From a virus (Duplodnaviria; Heunggongvirae; Uroviricota; Caudoviricetes), in the IMG/VR virus record IMGVR_UViG_2563366807_000009: 19,447 nucleotides of DNA; one strand, written 5' to 3'. The notes under the pieces were generated by a model that saw nothing but the letters and a program-made list of their open reading frames with translations, ran no database searches and was not told the origin of the DNA. Positions 1-8,192 of the stretch are shown piece after piece (within the stretch, counting starts at the first letter, position 1; each line of letters opens with the position of its first letter). A program made the position numbers and the translations under genes.

Positions 1-109
1 CTAAATAGGCTGATTCAAGGCATTTACGGGAGAAAAAATCGGCTCAAACATGAAGAAATGAAATGACTGAGTCAGCCGAGAAGAATTTCCCCGCTTATTC
101 GCACCTTCC
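1..109 (-). mobile_element. IS5 terminal fragment; the element continues beyond the window start
   Basis: Read on the minus strand, 109..1 begins GGAAGGTGCGAATAAGCGGGGAAATTCTTCTCGGCTGACTCAGTCATTTCATTTC..., which matches the IS5 terminal inverted repeat and adjacent sequence as I recall them. The abutting tetranucleotide CTAA (rc of 110-113) fits the IS5 target preference. Identity is recalled, not searched. Confidence 0.6.
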
Positions 110-411
110 TTAGCACCAGCTTGTATCGCTCTGCCAGCATAAAAGCATTCTGATTTCGATGATAAAAATAATACTTTCACTGTGCTCTGGATTTGTTTGA
201 TCCTTTTCAGGAAGGTAAAACCGTCTGTTCCGGGCAAGTCTATATCCATAATGATTAAATCAACAGGACGGGTTCGGAGATAATCGATGGTTATGCGATA
301 ATCATCCGTTTTCAGGACAATTTGCAATTCACTGTTTTTTTGCAACAGAACTTCAATAGACATTCTGATGATAGGATGAGTATCCATAATGATCACCGAC
401 GTTGGTTTCAT
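110..411 (-). pseudogene. fimZ: fimZ/sfmZ-like response regulator, N-terminal receiver domain only; interrupted by IS5
   Basis: ATG at 411..409 gives MKPTSVIIMDTHPIIRMSIEVLLQKN...LIIMDIDLPGTDGFTFLKRIK, a CheY-like receiver with the conserved Asp. After ...AGRAIQAGA the frame runs into the IS5 end and stops at 1-3. No LuxR-type HTH is present. The six-frame ORF 1..474 is a 21-codon upstream extension of this. Confidence 0.65.
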
Positions 412-594
412 AGTTACCAGTCTCATAGGATCGGACAATTTTCCGTTAGGGCGGGAAATTGTACTTTGATACATGAAAATACGGGTTTTCTTGATTCAGA
501 CGCGCAGCGGTGTACGTTTGTTTGCCGCTATAGCGAAATAAATCAGAAAATCAGACGCGGTCGTTCACTTGTTCAGCAACCAGATCAAAAGCCA

Positions 595-622
595 TTGACT
601 CAGCAAGGGTTGACCGTATAAT
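595..622 (+). promoter_or_regulatory. sigma70-like promoter upstream of argU
   Basis: TTGACT (595-600), 16-bp spacer, TATAAT (617-622), about 30 bp upstream of the tRNA 5' end. Confidence 0.5.
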
Positions 623-653
623 TCACGCGATTACACCGCATTGCGGTATCAAC

Positions 654-730
654 GCGCCCTTAGCTCAGTTGGATAGAGCAACGACCTTCTAAGTCGTGGG
701 CCGCAGGTTCGAATCCTGCAGGGCGCGCCA
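654..730 (+). tRNA. argU: tRNA-Arg (anticodon UCU)
   Basis: 77-nt cloverleaf GCGCCCTTAGCTCAGTTGGATAGAGCAACGACCTTCTAAGTCGTGGGCCGCAGGTTCGAATCCTGCAGGGCGCGCCA with encoded CCA end, anticodon loop CT-TCT-AA, GTTCGAATC T-loop. An integrase gene follows immediately, as expected for a prophage attachment tRNA. Confidence 0.95.
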
Positions 731-745
731 TTACAATTCAATCAG

Positions 746-1909
746 TTACGCCTTCTTTATATCCTCCATAATTCCAGAGTGGGACATATTTGGGACATTA
801 TCACCAAAAATGTCGTCTATTTTCCTCGCATGCTCTGTCAAATGATTAGGCGCAAGGTGAGCATACCTACGAACCATTTCTATGGACTCCCATCCGCCCA
901 TTTCCTGAAGCACTGATAATGGGACGCCTGACTGAATCAGCCAGCTTGCCCAGGTGTGTCTGAGGTCATGGAAACGGAAATCTTCAATTCCTGCACGACG
1001 ACAAGCTGATAGCCATGATGTCTTGCTGTCGATGCGCATCTTCCTGACCGCAGGCGTTGATGTTCCATCTGCTCGCTTAGCCGCCTTGGTATGTACAAAC
1101 ACCCATTTGTGATGCTTGCCTATTTGATCACGCAACACTTTACAGGCGGTATCGTTCAGCGCCACACCAATGGCGCGGTTTGATTTGCTCTCTTCTGGAT
1201 TCACCCAGGCAACTCGTCGCTGCATGTCGATTTGTTGCCATTCCAGATTTATGATGTTCGACTTTCTCAGACCAGTTGCCAGCGCAAACTTGACGACAGA
1301 TTTCAGTGGTTCGGGGCACTCATCAATAAGGCGTTTTGCTTCCTCCTTTTCCAGCCATCTGACTCGCTTGTTTCTGACCGCTGGTATCTTGATGACAGGC
1401 GCTTTTTCCAGCCACTTCCAGTCGCGTTCTGCAGCACGGAGAATGGCCTTTATCATGGCAAGATGCTTTGCCTTTGTCTGAGTTGATACTGGCTTTGGTT
1501 CATAAACAGGCAGTTCTTTACCTTTCCTGATGGCGGCCTGAACTTTCTGTTTCCATATTTCTTTCGTCTTTCTGTTATGCATTCTGCTTACAGCAGAGTA
1601 AATCTTTGCCTCCGAGATATCTTTAAGCCTTATACCCTCAAAATGTTCAAGCCAGAACTCAATCCGGCTTTTATCTGAATCGAGAGATTTTTTATCAGCT
1701 TTTTCCTCAAGCCATCTTAGGCAGGCCTCTTCAAAAGTGACATCAGGTAAATCCCCTAGCTTTTCTACTCGCCAGAGTTCTGCTTTTCGCTTGTCGTGCA
1801 ACTCCTGAGCTTGCCGCTTGTCCTTTGTGCCAAGAGATTCCTTAATTCGTTTCCCGCCCGGGAGCGAATACGAGGCATACCATATTTCATTTCTGCGGAA
1901 GAGTGACAT
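746..1909 (-). CDS. intD: phage integrase, tyrosine recombinase (DLP12 IntD-like)
   Basis: 387-aa ORF ending 16 bp from the argU 3' end. C-terminal catalytic region [39 protein letters not shown] carries the R..H-x-x-R...Y signature of tyrosine recombinases. Length and position match the argU-linked integrase of E. coli lambdoid prophages. Confidence 0.9.
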   Translation of the reverse strand: MSLFRRNEIWYASYSLPGGKRIKESLGTKDKRQAQELHDKRKAELWRVEKLGDLPDVTFEEACLRWLEEKADKKSLDSDKSRIEFWLEHFEGIRLKDISEAKIYSAVSRMHNRKTKEIWKQKVQAAIRKGKELPVYEPKPVSTQTKAKHLAMIKAILRAAERDWKWLEKAPVIKIPAVRNKRVRWLEKEEAKRLIDECPEPLKSVVKFALATGLRKSNIINLEWQQIDMQRRVAWVNPEESKSNRAIGVALNDTACKVLRDQIGKHHKWVFVHTKAAKRADGTSTPAVRKMRIDSKTSWLSACRRAGIEDFRFHDLRHTWASWLIQSGVPLSVLQEMGGWESIEMVRRYAHLAPNHLTEHARKIDDIFGDNVPNMSHSGIMEDIKKA

Positions 1910-2136
1910 TTTCTTTCCTCTGTTATGCCATCACCCGCGCTCACCTGGACAGTATGCAGCGGAGACTGAAGCGCCGCAATGCAGGCTTGCCGTGTTGTGA
2001 GGTAAGGAGATTTTGGCTTGGTTGGATCTTTACGTGTTGCCTGTAGGCGGCCTGTTCGTATCCAGTTGGTGGCGGTTGGTCTGGATATCTTAAGAAACTG
2101 ACAGGCCTCATCGAGTGTGAGGCTGTATGATTCCAT
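1765..2136 (-). CDS. xis: excisionase-like DNA-binding protein (Xis/AlpA-type HTH)
   Basis: Directly upstream of int and overlapping its 5' end. Start chosen at ATG 2136 ([31 protein letters not shown]...), preceded by AGAGGT. The 3' boundary is uncertain because the frame continues deep into int. Confidence 0.55.
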   Translation of the reverse strand: MESYSLTLDEACQFLKISRPTATNWIRTGRLQATRKDPTKPKSPYLTTRQACIAALQSPLHTVQVSAGDGITEERKCHSSAEMKYGMPRIRSRAGNELRNLLAQRTSGKLRSCTTSEKQNSGE

Positions 2137-2386
2137 GGTTACCTCTGCTTTTTGAACGCATGTCACGTAACTTCTTAATGTGTTCTGCCGTTTCGATCTC
2201 TTCTGCTATCCGATCTGCATCAGCTTTATTCACAGGTTCAAAGTCATGATTAAAGCGGAACATGCTGGCGATACATGTTCTGCCTTTTCGGATGTAGTGA
2301 ACTTTGTTGTGGGTAGAACGCAGGATTTTGCAGGGAGTGCCGTGGTGGTCGACGTACCAGGTGTTAGGAAAAATGATTCTGAACAT
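2108..2386 (-). CDS. hypothetical phage protein (92 aa)
   Basis: ORF with GAGGTG Shine-Dalgarno before ATG 2386, co-oriented and tightly packed in the leftward int-proximal operon. No family recognised. Confidence 0.5.
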   Translation of the reverse strand: MFRIIFPNTWYVDHHGTPCKILRSTHNKVHYIRKGRTCIASMFRFNHDFEPVNKADADRIAEEIETAEHIKKLRDMRSKSRGNHGIIQPHTR

Positions 2387-2433
2387 TTTTACACCTCAGT
2401 TGGACGATGTTGAAATTTGCTGCTTTGAGGCCA

Positions 2434-2652
2434 TCATAATCCCCATTGTTTGTTCTTAAGTTCGATCTCCTCCTGGCAACTTGCACAAGTCCGACAACCC
2501 TGAACGGCCAGGCGTCTTCGCTCATCTATCGGATCGCCACACTCACAACAATGAGTTGCAGATACAGTCTGGTAGTTCAGACGACGCATTTTTATTGCTG
2601 TATTGCGCTGTAATTCTTCGATTTCTGATGCTGAATCAATGATGTCTGCCAT
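2434..2652 (-). CDS. TraR/DksA-family C4 zinc-finger protein
   Basis: 72 aa with two Cys pairs, CxxC x17 CxxC (CCECGDPIDERRRLAVQGCRTCASC), the arrangement of phage and plasmid TraR-like proteins. Confidence 0.8.
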   Translation of the reverse strand: MADIIDSASEIEELQRNTAIKMRRLNYQTVSATHCCECGDPIDERRRLAVQGCRTCASCQEEIELKNKQWGL

Positions 2653-2744
2653 CTTCCATTAATCCCTGAATTGTTGGTTAATACGCTTGAGGATGAATGC
2701 GAACAATAAAAAAGGAGCCTGTAGCTCCCTGATGATTTTGCTTT

Positions 2745-3062
2745 TCATGTTAACCGTTCCTTAAAGACGCCGTTTAACATGCCGATCGCCAGGCTTAAAT
2801 GAGTCGGTGTGAATCCCATCAGCGTTACCGTTTCACGGTGCTTCTTCAGTACGCTACGGCAAATGTCATCGACGTTTTTATCCGGAAACTGCTGTCTGGC
2901 TTTTTTGATTTCAGAATTAGCCTGACGGGCAATGCTGCGAAGGGCGTTTTCCTGCTGAGGTGTCATTGAACAAGTCCCATGTCGGCAAGCATAAGCACAC
3001 AGAATATGAAGCCCGCTGCCAGAAAAATGCATTCCGTGGCTGTCATACCGGGTCTCTCTCAT
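2745..3062 (-). CDS. hypothetical small phage protein; start uncertain (alternative ATGs at 3032 and 2966)
   Basis: ORF in the leftward operon between exo and the TraR-like gene, the position of lambda orf61/orf63/orf60a. No motif recognised. Confidence 0.4.
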   Translation of the reverse strand: MRETRYDSHGMHFSGSGLHILCAYACRHGTCSMTPQQENALRSIARQANSEIKKARQQFPDKNVDDICRSVLKKHRETVTLMGFTPTHLSLAIGMLNGVFKERLT

Positions 3063-3234
3063 CTGCTTCTGCTTTCGCCACCATCATTTCCAGCTTTTGT
3101 GAAAGGGATGCGGCTAACGTATGAAATTCTTCGTCTGTTTCTGCTGGTATTGGCACAAACCTGACTCCAATTTGAGCAAGGCTATGTGCCATCTCAATAC
3201 TCGTTCTTAACTCAACAGGAGATGCTTTGTGCAT
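3043..3234 (-). CDS. hypothetical small phage protein (63 aa)
   Basis: Co-oriented ORF overlapping both neighbours by about 20-28 bp, typical of lambdoid early-left packing. No motif recognised. Confidence 0.4.
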   Translation of the reverse strand: MHKASPVELRTSIEMAHSLAQIGVRFVPIPAETDEEFHTLAASLSQKLEMMVAKAEADERDPV

Positions 3235-3389
3235 ACCGCCTCCCGTTTATTATTTATCTTCTCAGCCAGCCGCTGTGCTTTCAGGGGATTTCTGATAACA
3301 GAAAGGCCGGGAAATACCCAGCCTCGCTTTGTAATGGAGTAGACGAAAGTGATCGCGCCTACCCGGATATTATCGTGAGGATGCGTCAT
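3207..3389 (-). CDS. hypothetical small phage protein (about 60 aa)
   Basis: ATG at 3389..3387 overlaps the exo stop TGA (3388..3386) as ATGA, suggesting translational coupling to exo. The ORF track's start at 3395 is 2 codons upstream. Confidence 0.45.
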   Translation of the reverse strand: MTHPHDNIRVGAITFVYSITKRGWVFPGLSVIRNPLKAQRLAEKINNKREAVCTKHLLLS

Positions 3390-4066
3390 CGCCATTGCTC
3401 CCCAAATACAAAACCAATTTCAGCCAGTGCCTCGTCCATTTTTTCGATGAACTCCGGCACCATCTCGTCAAAACTCGCCATGTAATTTTCATCCCGCTCA
3501 ACCACGACATAATGCAGGCCTTCACGCTTCATTCGTGGGTCATAGTTGGCAAAGTACCAGGCATCTTTTCGCGTCACCCACATGCTGTACTGCACCTGGG
3601 CCATGTAAGCCGACTTTATGGCCTCGAAACCACCGAGCCGGAATTTCATGAAATCCCGGGAGGTAAACGGGCATTTCAGTTCAAGGCCGTTGCCGTCACT
3701 GCATAAACCATCGGGAGAGCAGGCGGTGCGCATACTTTCGTCGCGATAGATGATCGGGGATTCAGTAACATTCACGCCGGAAGTAAACTCAAACAGGGCT
3801 CTGGCGTCGTTCTCGTACTGTTTTCCCCAGGCCAGCGCCTTAGCATTAACTTCCGGAGCCACACCGGTGCAAACCTCAGCCAGCAGGGTGTGGAAGTAGG
3901 ACATTTTCATGTCAGGCCACTTCTTTCCTGAGCGGGGCTTTGCTATCACGTTGTGAACTTCTGAAGCGGTGATGACGCCGAGCCGTAATTTGTGCCACGC
4001 ATCATCCCCCTGTTCGACAGCTCTCACGTCGATCCCGGTACGCTGCAGGATAATGTCCGGTGTCAT
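3386..4066 (-). CDS. exo: lambda-type Red exonuclease (YqaJ-like 5'-3' exonuclease)
   Basis: 226 aa, [54 protein letters not shown]..., matches lambda Exo as I recall it nearly residue for residue. ATGA overlap with the bet stop. Confidence 0.96.
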   Translation of the reverse strand: MTPDIILQRTGIDVRAVEQGDDAWHKLRLGVITASEVHNVIAKPRSGKKWPDMKMSYFHTLLAEVCTGVAPEVNAKALAWGKQYENDARALFEFTSGVNVTESPIIYRDESMRTACSPDGLCSDGNGLELKCPFTSRDFMKFRLGGFEAIKSAYMAQVQYSMWVTRKDAWYFANYDPRMKREGLHYVVVERDENYMASFDEMVPEFIEKMDEALAEIGFVFGEQWR

Positions 4067-4848
4067 GCTGCCACCTTCTGCTCAGTGGCTTTTTGTTTCA
4101 GGAATCCAAGAGCTTTCACTGCTTCGGCCTGTGTCAGTTCTGACGATGCACGAATGTCGCGGCGAAATATCTGGGAACAGAGCGGCAATAAGTCGTCATC
4201 CCATGTTTTATCCAGGGCGATCAGCAGAGTGTTAATCTCCTGCATGGTTTCATCGTTAACCGGAGTGATGTCGCGTTCCGGCTGACGTTCTGCAGTGTAT
4301 GCGGTATTTTCGACAATGCGCTCGGCTTCATCCTTGTCATAGATACCAGCAAATCCGAAGGCCAGACGGGCACACTGAATCATGGCTTTATGCCGTAACA
4401 TCCGTTTGGGATGCGACTGCCACGGCCCCGTGATTTCTCTGCCTTCGCGGGTTTTGAATGGTTCGCGGCGGCATTCATCCATCCACTCGGTAACGCAGAT
4501 CGGATGATTACGGTCCTTGCGGTAAATCCGGCATGTGCAGGATTCATTGTCCTGCTCAAAGTCCATACCATCAAACTGCTGGTTTTCATTGATGATGCGG
4601 GACCAGCCATCAACGCCCACCACCGGAACGATGCCATTCTGCTTATCAGGAAAGGCGTAAATTTCTTTCGTCCATGGATTAAGGCCGTACTGGTTGGCAA
4701 CGATCAGCAATGCGATGAACTGCGCATCGCTGGCATCACCTTTAAATGCCGTCTGGCGAAGAGTGGTGATCAGTTCCTGTGGGTCGACAGAATCCATGCC
4801 GACACGTTCAGCCAGCTTCCCTGCCAGCGTTGCGAGTGCTGTACTCAT
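4063..4848 (-). CDS. bet: lambda-type Red beta single-strand annealing protein
   Basis: 261 aa, [86 protein letters not shown]..., matches lambda Bet as recalled. Confidence 0.96.
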   Translation of the reverse strand: MSTALATLAGKLAERVGMDSVDPQELITTLRQTAFKGDASDAQFIALLIVANQYGLNPWTKEIYAFPDKQNGIVPVVGVDGWSRIINENQQFDGMDFEQDNESCTCRIYRKDRNHPICVTEWMDECRREPFKTREGREITGPWQSHPKRMLRHKAMIQCARLAFGFAGIYDKDEAERIVENTAYTAERQPERDITPVNDETMQEINTLLIALDKTWDDDLLPLCSQIFRRDIRASSELTQAEAVKALGFLKQKATEQKVAA

Positions 4849-4853
4849 CCGTT

Positions 4854-5150
4854 TTATACCTCTGAATCAATATCAACCTGGTGGTGAGCAATGGTTTCAA
4901 CCATGTACCGGATGTGTTCTGCCATGCGCTCCTGAAACTCAACATCGTCATCAAACGCACGGGTAATGGCTTTTTTGCTGGCCCCGTGGCGTTGCAAATG
5001 ATCGATGCATAGCGATTCAAACAGGTGCTGGGGCAGGCCTTTTTCCATGTCGTCTGCCAGTTCTGCCTCTTTCTCTTCACGGGCGATCTGCTGGTAGTGA
5101 CGCGCCCAGCTCTGAGCCTCAAGACGATCCTGAATGTAATAAGCGTTCAT
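4854..5150 (-). CDS. gam: Gam, RecBCD inhibitor (98-aa form)
   Basis: [60 protein letters not shown]... matches lambda Gam as recalled. Confidence 0.94.
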   Translation of the reverse strand: MNAYYIQDRLEAQSWARHYQQIAREEKEAELADDMEKGLPQHLFESLCIDHLQRHGASKKAITRAFDDDVEFQERMAEHIRYMVETIAHHQVDIDSEV

Positions 5151-5225
5151 GGCTGAACTCCTGAAAATGGCTGTGAAAAAATCGCCCGCGGAATGCCAGG
5201 CTGATTCGGAAAACAGGAAAGGGGA

Positions 5226-5516
5226 TTAGTGATTCAGACCGTTGCCGCGTCCGTCGAGAAAAACTTCCACGAGCAAGTCACGGGTATAAGTGCGCTCAAT
5301 GCCGCGATGCAGATAAAGTCGTCCGCGTAAATTAGCTGATGCAGTCCAGGTACCATCTTTGCGTTTGACCAGCATTCCTGGCATGACCGCACCGCGATTA
5401 ACGGTCTGCGTTCCGTAATGTTGATGAACCATAAAAACTCCTGCCCGTAAGCTGGGCTGCTGAACATATAAAGACTTCTGCGCGTATTCAGGCGGTGGAT
5501 GGCCGCCGGTTGTCAT
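5226..5516 (-). CDS. hypothetical early-left protein in the kil/cIII position
   Basis: 96-aa ORF preceded by GAGG, first gene downstream of the putative PL. No arginine-rich N-terminus, so not N- or Nun-like. No family recognised. Confidence 0.45.
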   Translation of the reverse strand: MTTGGHPPPEYAQKSLYVQQPSLRAGVFMVHQHYGTQTVNRGAVMPGMLVKRKDGTWTASANLRGRLYLHRGIERTYTRDLLVEVFLDGRGNGLNH

Positions 5517-5707
5517 AACTAAGCCGCCTCGTTGAAGCGACTAAGGTATGAAATGTTGAGTTGATTTCAGCTGGTCACACCGACGTTCACGCGTCCGTTT
5601 CATCCCTCGCACTCCCCGAAGCCTGCTGAAATTCAAGCTGCGGATCTAAGCGGTCATCGCAACGGTGAATCAGGTAGTTGCCGTATCGTTGTGTTGTTGC
5701 GATGAAC

Positions 5708-5790
5708 TTATTTAAAACTATAGTTGTTTTATCGTCAACAACAAAAGTTGTTTTATTGGTTGTTTTAGATATAACTGGTTGTATTTAGGA
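5708..5790 (-). promoter_or_regulatory. OL/PL-like operator-promoter region
   Basis: The 17-mer AAAACTATAGTTGTTTT (5714-5730) is the reverse complement, with one mismatch, of the OR 17-mer at 8144-8160. Further GTTGTTTT-type half-sites lie at about 5746-5754, 5758-5767 and 5777-5785. Minus-strand TTGACG at 5738..5733 is a candidate -35. Confidence 0.5.
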
Positions 5791-5879
5791 TGGATTTATT
5801 TTGTGACTTGAATCGCATAGCGATAACTGAAGCGAGGTTATGGTGGTTTTTTTAACGGTGTGTGTGATGAGGGGAGGGC

Positions 5880-5906
5880 AAAAGAAAACCCGGCACGGTG
5901 GCCGGG
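5880..5906 (-). terminator. Rho-independent terminator ending the cI-cassette operon
   Basis: Perfect 6-bp GC stem CCCGGC/GCCGGG (5889-5894 and 5901-5906), followed on the minus strand by TTTTCTTTT, 8 nt after the stop of the 310-aa ORF. Confidence 0.65.
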
Positions 5907-5914
5907 TAGCATCA

Positions 5915-6847
5915 CTATTCGATTTTTTTAACCATGTAGTTACGTCGTGATGTTCCTAATCTTTCATTGTGAATCTCAGAAACGCTTACTACGAGCGATA
6001 TTCGTTCACCAACTTTATATTTACTTTGAATTTCTCCTAACATATCAATCGGATAAGAAGCCTTTATTTTTCCAAGCTCGCTTGCAATCTCCAATTTCCC
6101 GTACATGGATAAAATAGCAAGTTCGCCTGATATATGCTCATCCGGTAGCTGAATGACCTTCGTTAAAGCTAAGCGAGCATTCAGTTTTTTTATATCTTCT
6201 GAAGAAATTGACACTTGTCTGGTACCATCACTTAAAGGTCCAATCCAAGTAAGATCAAAGTTAAGACTATATTTTTCGCACTCATTTATGATGTTTTTTA
6301 GGTTAGCTGTTGATTGCGAACCAATTTCGGCAATTTTAGCCGTGAATGTTTCTTCATCAATGGATGAGAGTAGTGCAAAAATCTCCTTAACAGCATGACT
6401 GGATACTGTTTCGATGAGCTCGCAAGAACCAGTAGAAAAAGTAACACCTAACTTCGTCGAACCTGGACGCAAGTCTGCCAATCTCATGTCTAATGATTTT
6501 TTAACATCAATCGGCACACGACTAGAATCTTTCCCAGATCCAAGTCGGTAAACTGCTTTCTGTACAAGGGATGCGAGATTACCTGAAATTACAGATAGAA
6601 TATCTAACGGAATAGACCCGAAATCGACCAAAACACCTTTTAATCTCAACTCCATGAAATCACGTAAAGGATGTTGGTTATCGATTGCACGTTGTCTCTC
6701 TCGGAGATCGCTCAGATGGGAGTCAAGTGATCTAAATATAATGTCATCAGCAAATGATCTCCCCTTATTTTGAGCAAGCAGATCCACATCGCGTTGAATG
6801 AACGCAATTCGCTCCTTGAGGGAGTTGAATGTTTTTTCTTCGCTCAT
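5915..6847 (-). CDS. hypothetical 310-aa protein, second gene of the rex-slot cassette; no family recognised
   Basis: Long ORF whose ATG (6847..6845) overlaps the upstream gene's TGA as ATGA. Visibly AT-rich compared with flanking lambda-like genes. Immediately followed by a terminator. No transmembrane segment or catalytic motif that I can assign. Confidence 0.75.
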   Translation of the reverse strand: MSEEKTFNSLKERIAFIQRDVDLLAQNKGRSFADDIIFRSLDSHLSDLRERQRAIDNQHPLRDFMELRLKGVLVDFGSIPLDILSVISGNLASLVQKAVYRLGSGKDSSRVPIDVKKSLDMRLADLRPGSTKLGVTFSTGSCELIETVSSHAVKEIFALLSSIDEETFTAKIAEIGSQSTANLKNIINECEKYSLNFDLTWIGPLSDGTRQVSISSEDIKKLNARLALTKVIQLPDEHISGELAILSMYGKLEIASELGKIKASYPIDMLGEIQSKYKVGERISLVVSVSEIHNERLGTSRRNYMVKKIE

Positions 6848-7317
6848 AACATTACCCTCACGAGGCCTTTAGGATTCTCCTTCCGATCAAAACCAAACCA
6901 CCCTCTCCAGTAACTTCGCCTTTCACTATAATCGATTTCTGGATGATTTTCAGGCAGCAAAAGAACGTCAATGCTGTAGTTTTCTTTAATAAAATCTCTA
7001 TTTAACAATGAGCTGACCAATGGCATCAGCGTGTTTGGCAAAGAGTTTAGGGCCAAATAATCGACGACCACGAGTATATCTATGTCATCAGGTTCAGGTT
7101 TCTCTGTAGTGAATGAACCATCGATCCACACTTCAGAGAAACATAGACACTGCTGATTAACAAGTTTAAATTGCTCAATAAGCTGTATAAAATTACAGTA
7201 TAGCATACTTCTTCTAACGGATTTTGGGAAGGTGTCGACACAAAGAGACTTGATGCCATCACTATCCATATCATGAAATCCTGCTGTAAGAAGAGGTGGG
7301 AAGCTAGGCTTTTCCAT
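6844..7317 (-). CDS. minimal nucleotidyltransferase-like protein (Pol-beta superfamily signature), first gene of the rex-slot cassette
   Basis: 157-aa ORF 81 bp downstream of the cI stop, AAGGA before the ATG. Contains GSFTTEKPEPDDIDILVVV, i.e. G-S, 9 residues, D-I-D, hydrophobic strand, with a later acidic strand YSIDVLLL. This is the hG[GS]-x9-13-Dh[DE]h pattern of MNT-type nucleotidyltransferases. Confidence 0.75.
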   Translation of the reverse strand: MEKPSFPPLLTAGFHDMDSDGIKSLCVDTFPKSVRRSMLYCNFIQLIEQFKLVNQQCLCFSEVWIDGSFTTEKPEPDDIDILVVVDYLALNSLPNTLMPLVSSLLNRDFIKENYSIDVLLLPENHPEIDYSERRSYWRGWFGFDRKENPKGLVRVML

Positions 7318-7398
7318 CCTAAGTCCTTGTTTATGCCATATAGTGTTCTATTTAATATTCTTGAAAAGAGTGTGCCTTAAAAAGCTACAGGCTAATTA

Positions 7399-8088
7399 TT
7401 AACCATGCTTCCTGTACGTCTGCGGCATGCTCCCAATAACCTTACCGAAGATGAACACCCGGTTCATCTCGTCTTTCTCGATCGGGTCCCACGGTGAGTA
7501 GCTTTTGTTATCAGAGATGACCAGCAGCTTATCCTTCATCATTTGCAGGCGCTTTACATGGGCTGTGTCGTCGTACAGAAACGCATAGATACCATCACCG
7601 TCGAAAGATTTAACTGTGATATCAACGAACAGCAGATCACCTGGTTCGATCGTTCCTGACATGCTGTCACCACGCACGTTAATGATGCGGATATTTTCCG
7701 CCTTCCTACCATCGAACATGTGACGAGCATCGTCAAACGAGTACTCAACCGAGCGTAGAACTTCTACAAACTCACGGTTGATGACTCCCGGCCCAGCACT
7801 GACTTCTATATCAAGAACGTCAATCTTGAAGTATTTGGAATGGCTGACAGTTGATTGTATTGGTTGCACTGTACTGTCTGACATATTTCCAACGCCAGAA
7901 GATAACCATTCTGCGCGCACACCCAAAGCGTTCGCGATCTCCACGATTTTAGTTGTTTGATTAGCTTTCCCTGTTTCGATTTTCTGAATAGCAGCCTGGC
8001 TAACCCCGACCAAATCCCCAAGCGCCTTTTGTGTAAGGCCTCGCGCTAATCTGGCTTCTTTAAGTCTTTCTGAGAGTGTTGTTTTCAT
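7399..8088 (-). CDS. cI: CI-like prophage repressor (XRE HTH plus S24 LexA-like autopeptidase domain)
   Basis: Start taken at ATG 8088 (MKTTLSERLKEARLARGLTQKALGDLVGVSQAAIQKIETGK... is the HTH). C-terminal VRGDSMSGTIEPGDLLFVD and AHVKRL supply the Ser/Lys dyad. Not lambda immunity by sequence. The six-frame ORF extends 22 codons upstream into the operator. Confidence 0.85.
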   Translation of the reverse strand: MKTTLSERLKEARLARGLTQKALGDLVGVSQAAIQKIETGKANQTTKIVEIANALGVRAEWLSSGVGNMSDSTVQPIQSTVSHSKYFKIDVLDIEVSAGPGVINREFVEVLRSVEYSFDDARHMFDGRKAENIRIINVRGDSMSGTIEPGDLLFVDITVKSFDGDGIYAFLYDDTAHVKRLQMMKDKLLVISDNKSYSPWDPIEKDEMNRVFIFGKVIGSMPQTYRKHG

Positions 8089-8093
8089 AGTCC

Positions 8094-8166
8094 AAATGTA
8101 CAACCAAGGTTTTATTCCATCAAACGAAAATGGTTGTTGACTAAAAACAACCATAGTTTTAATCTT
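8094..8166. promoter_or_regulatory. OR-like tripartite operator with divergent PRM/PR
   Basis: Three related 17-bp sites spaced about 24-27 bp apart: 8097-8113 (TGTACAACCAAGGTTTT), 8124-8140 (weaker, inverted) and 8144-8160 (AAAACAACCATAGTTTT). TTGACT at 8137-8142 is a -35 for rightward PR. Site 1 lies 9 bp from the cI ATG, suggesting a near-leaderless cI mRNA. Confidence 0.6.
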
Positions 8167-8192
8167 GATTCAAATTAACCACGGAGGTTGTT

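Noticed and set aside
322-621. 99-aa plus-strand ORF
   Set aside because: Antisense to the fimZ-like receiver domain and running through the argU promoter. No ribosome-binding site or recognisable protein features.
1170-1486. Two overlapping plus-strand ORFs (103 and 84 aa)
   Set aside because: Lie entirely antisense within the well-supported integrase gene. Compositionally odd translations.
4380-4966. Several ORFs of 90-158 aa on both strands
   Set aside because: Overlap bet and gam in other frames or antisense. The bet and gam frames are strongly supported by homology.
5226-5516. The 96-aa early-left ORF as the N antiterminator
   Set aside because: No arginine-rich N-terminal motif and no nut-like boxA/boxB immediately upstream that I can recognise.
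6400-6450. GSGKD segment in the 310-aa protein as a Walker A P-loop
   Set aside because: Lacks the GxxxxGK[ST] spacing: there is no Gly four residues before the GK, and D follows K instead of S/T. No Walker B partner identified.
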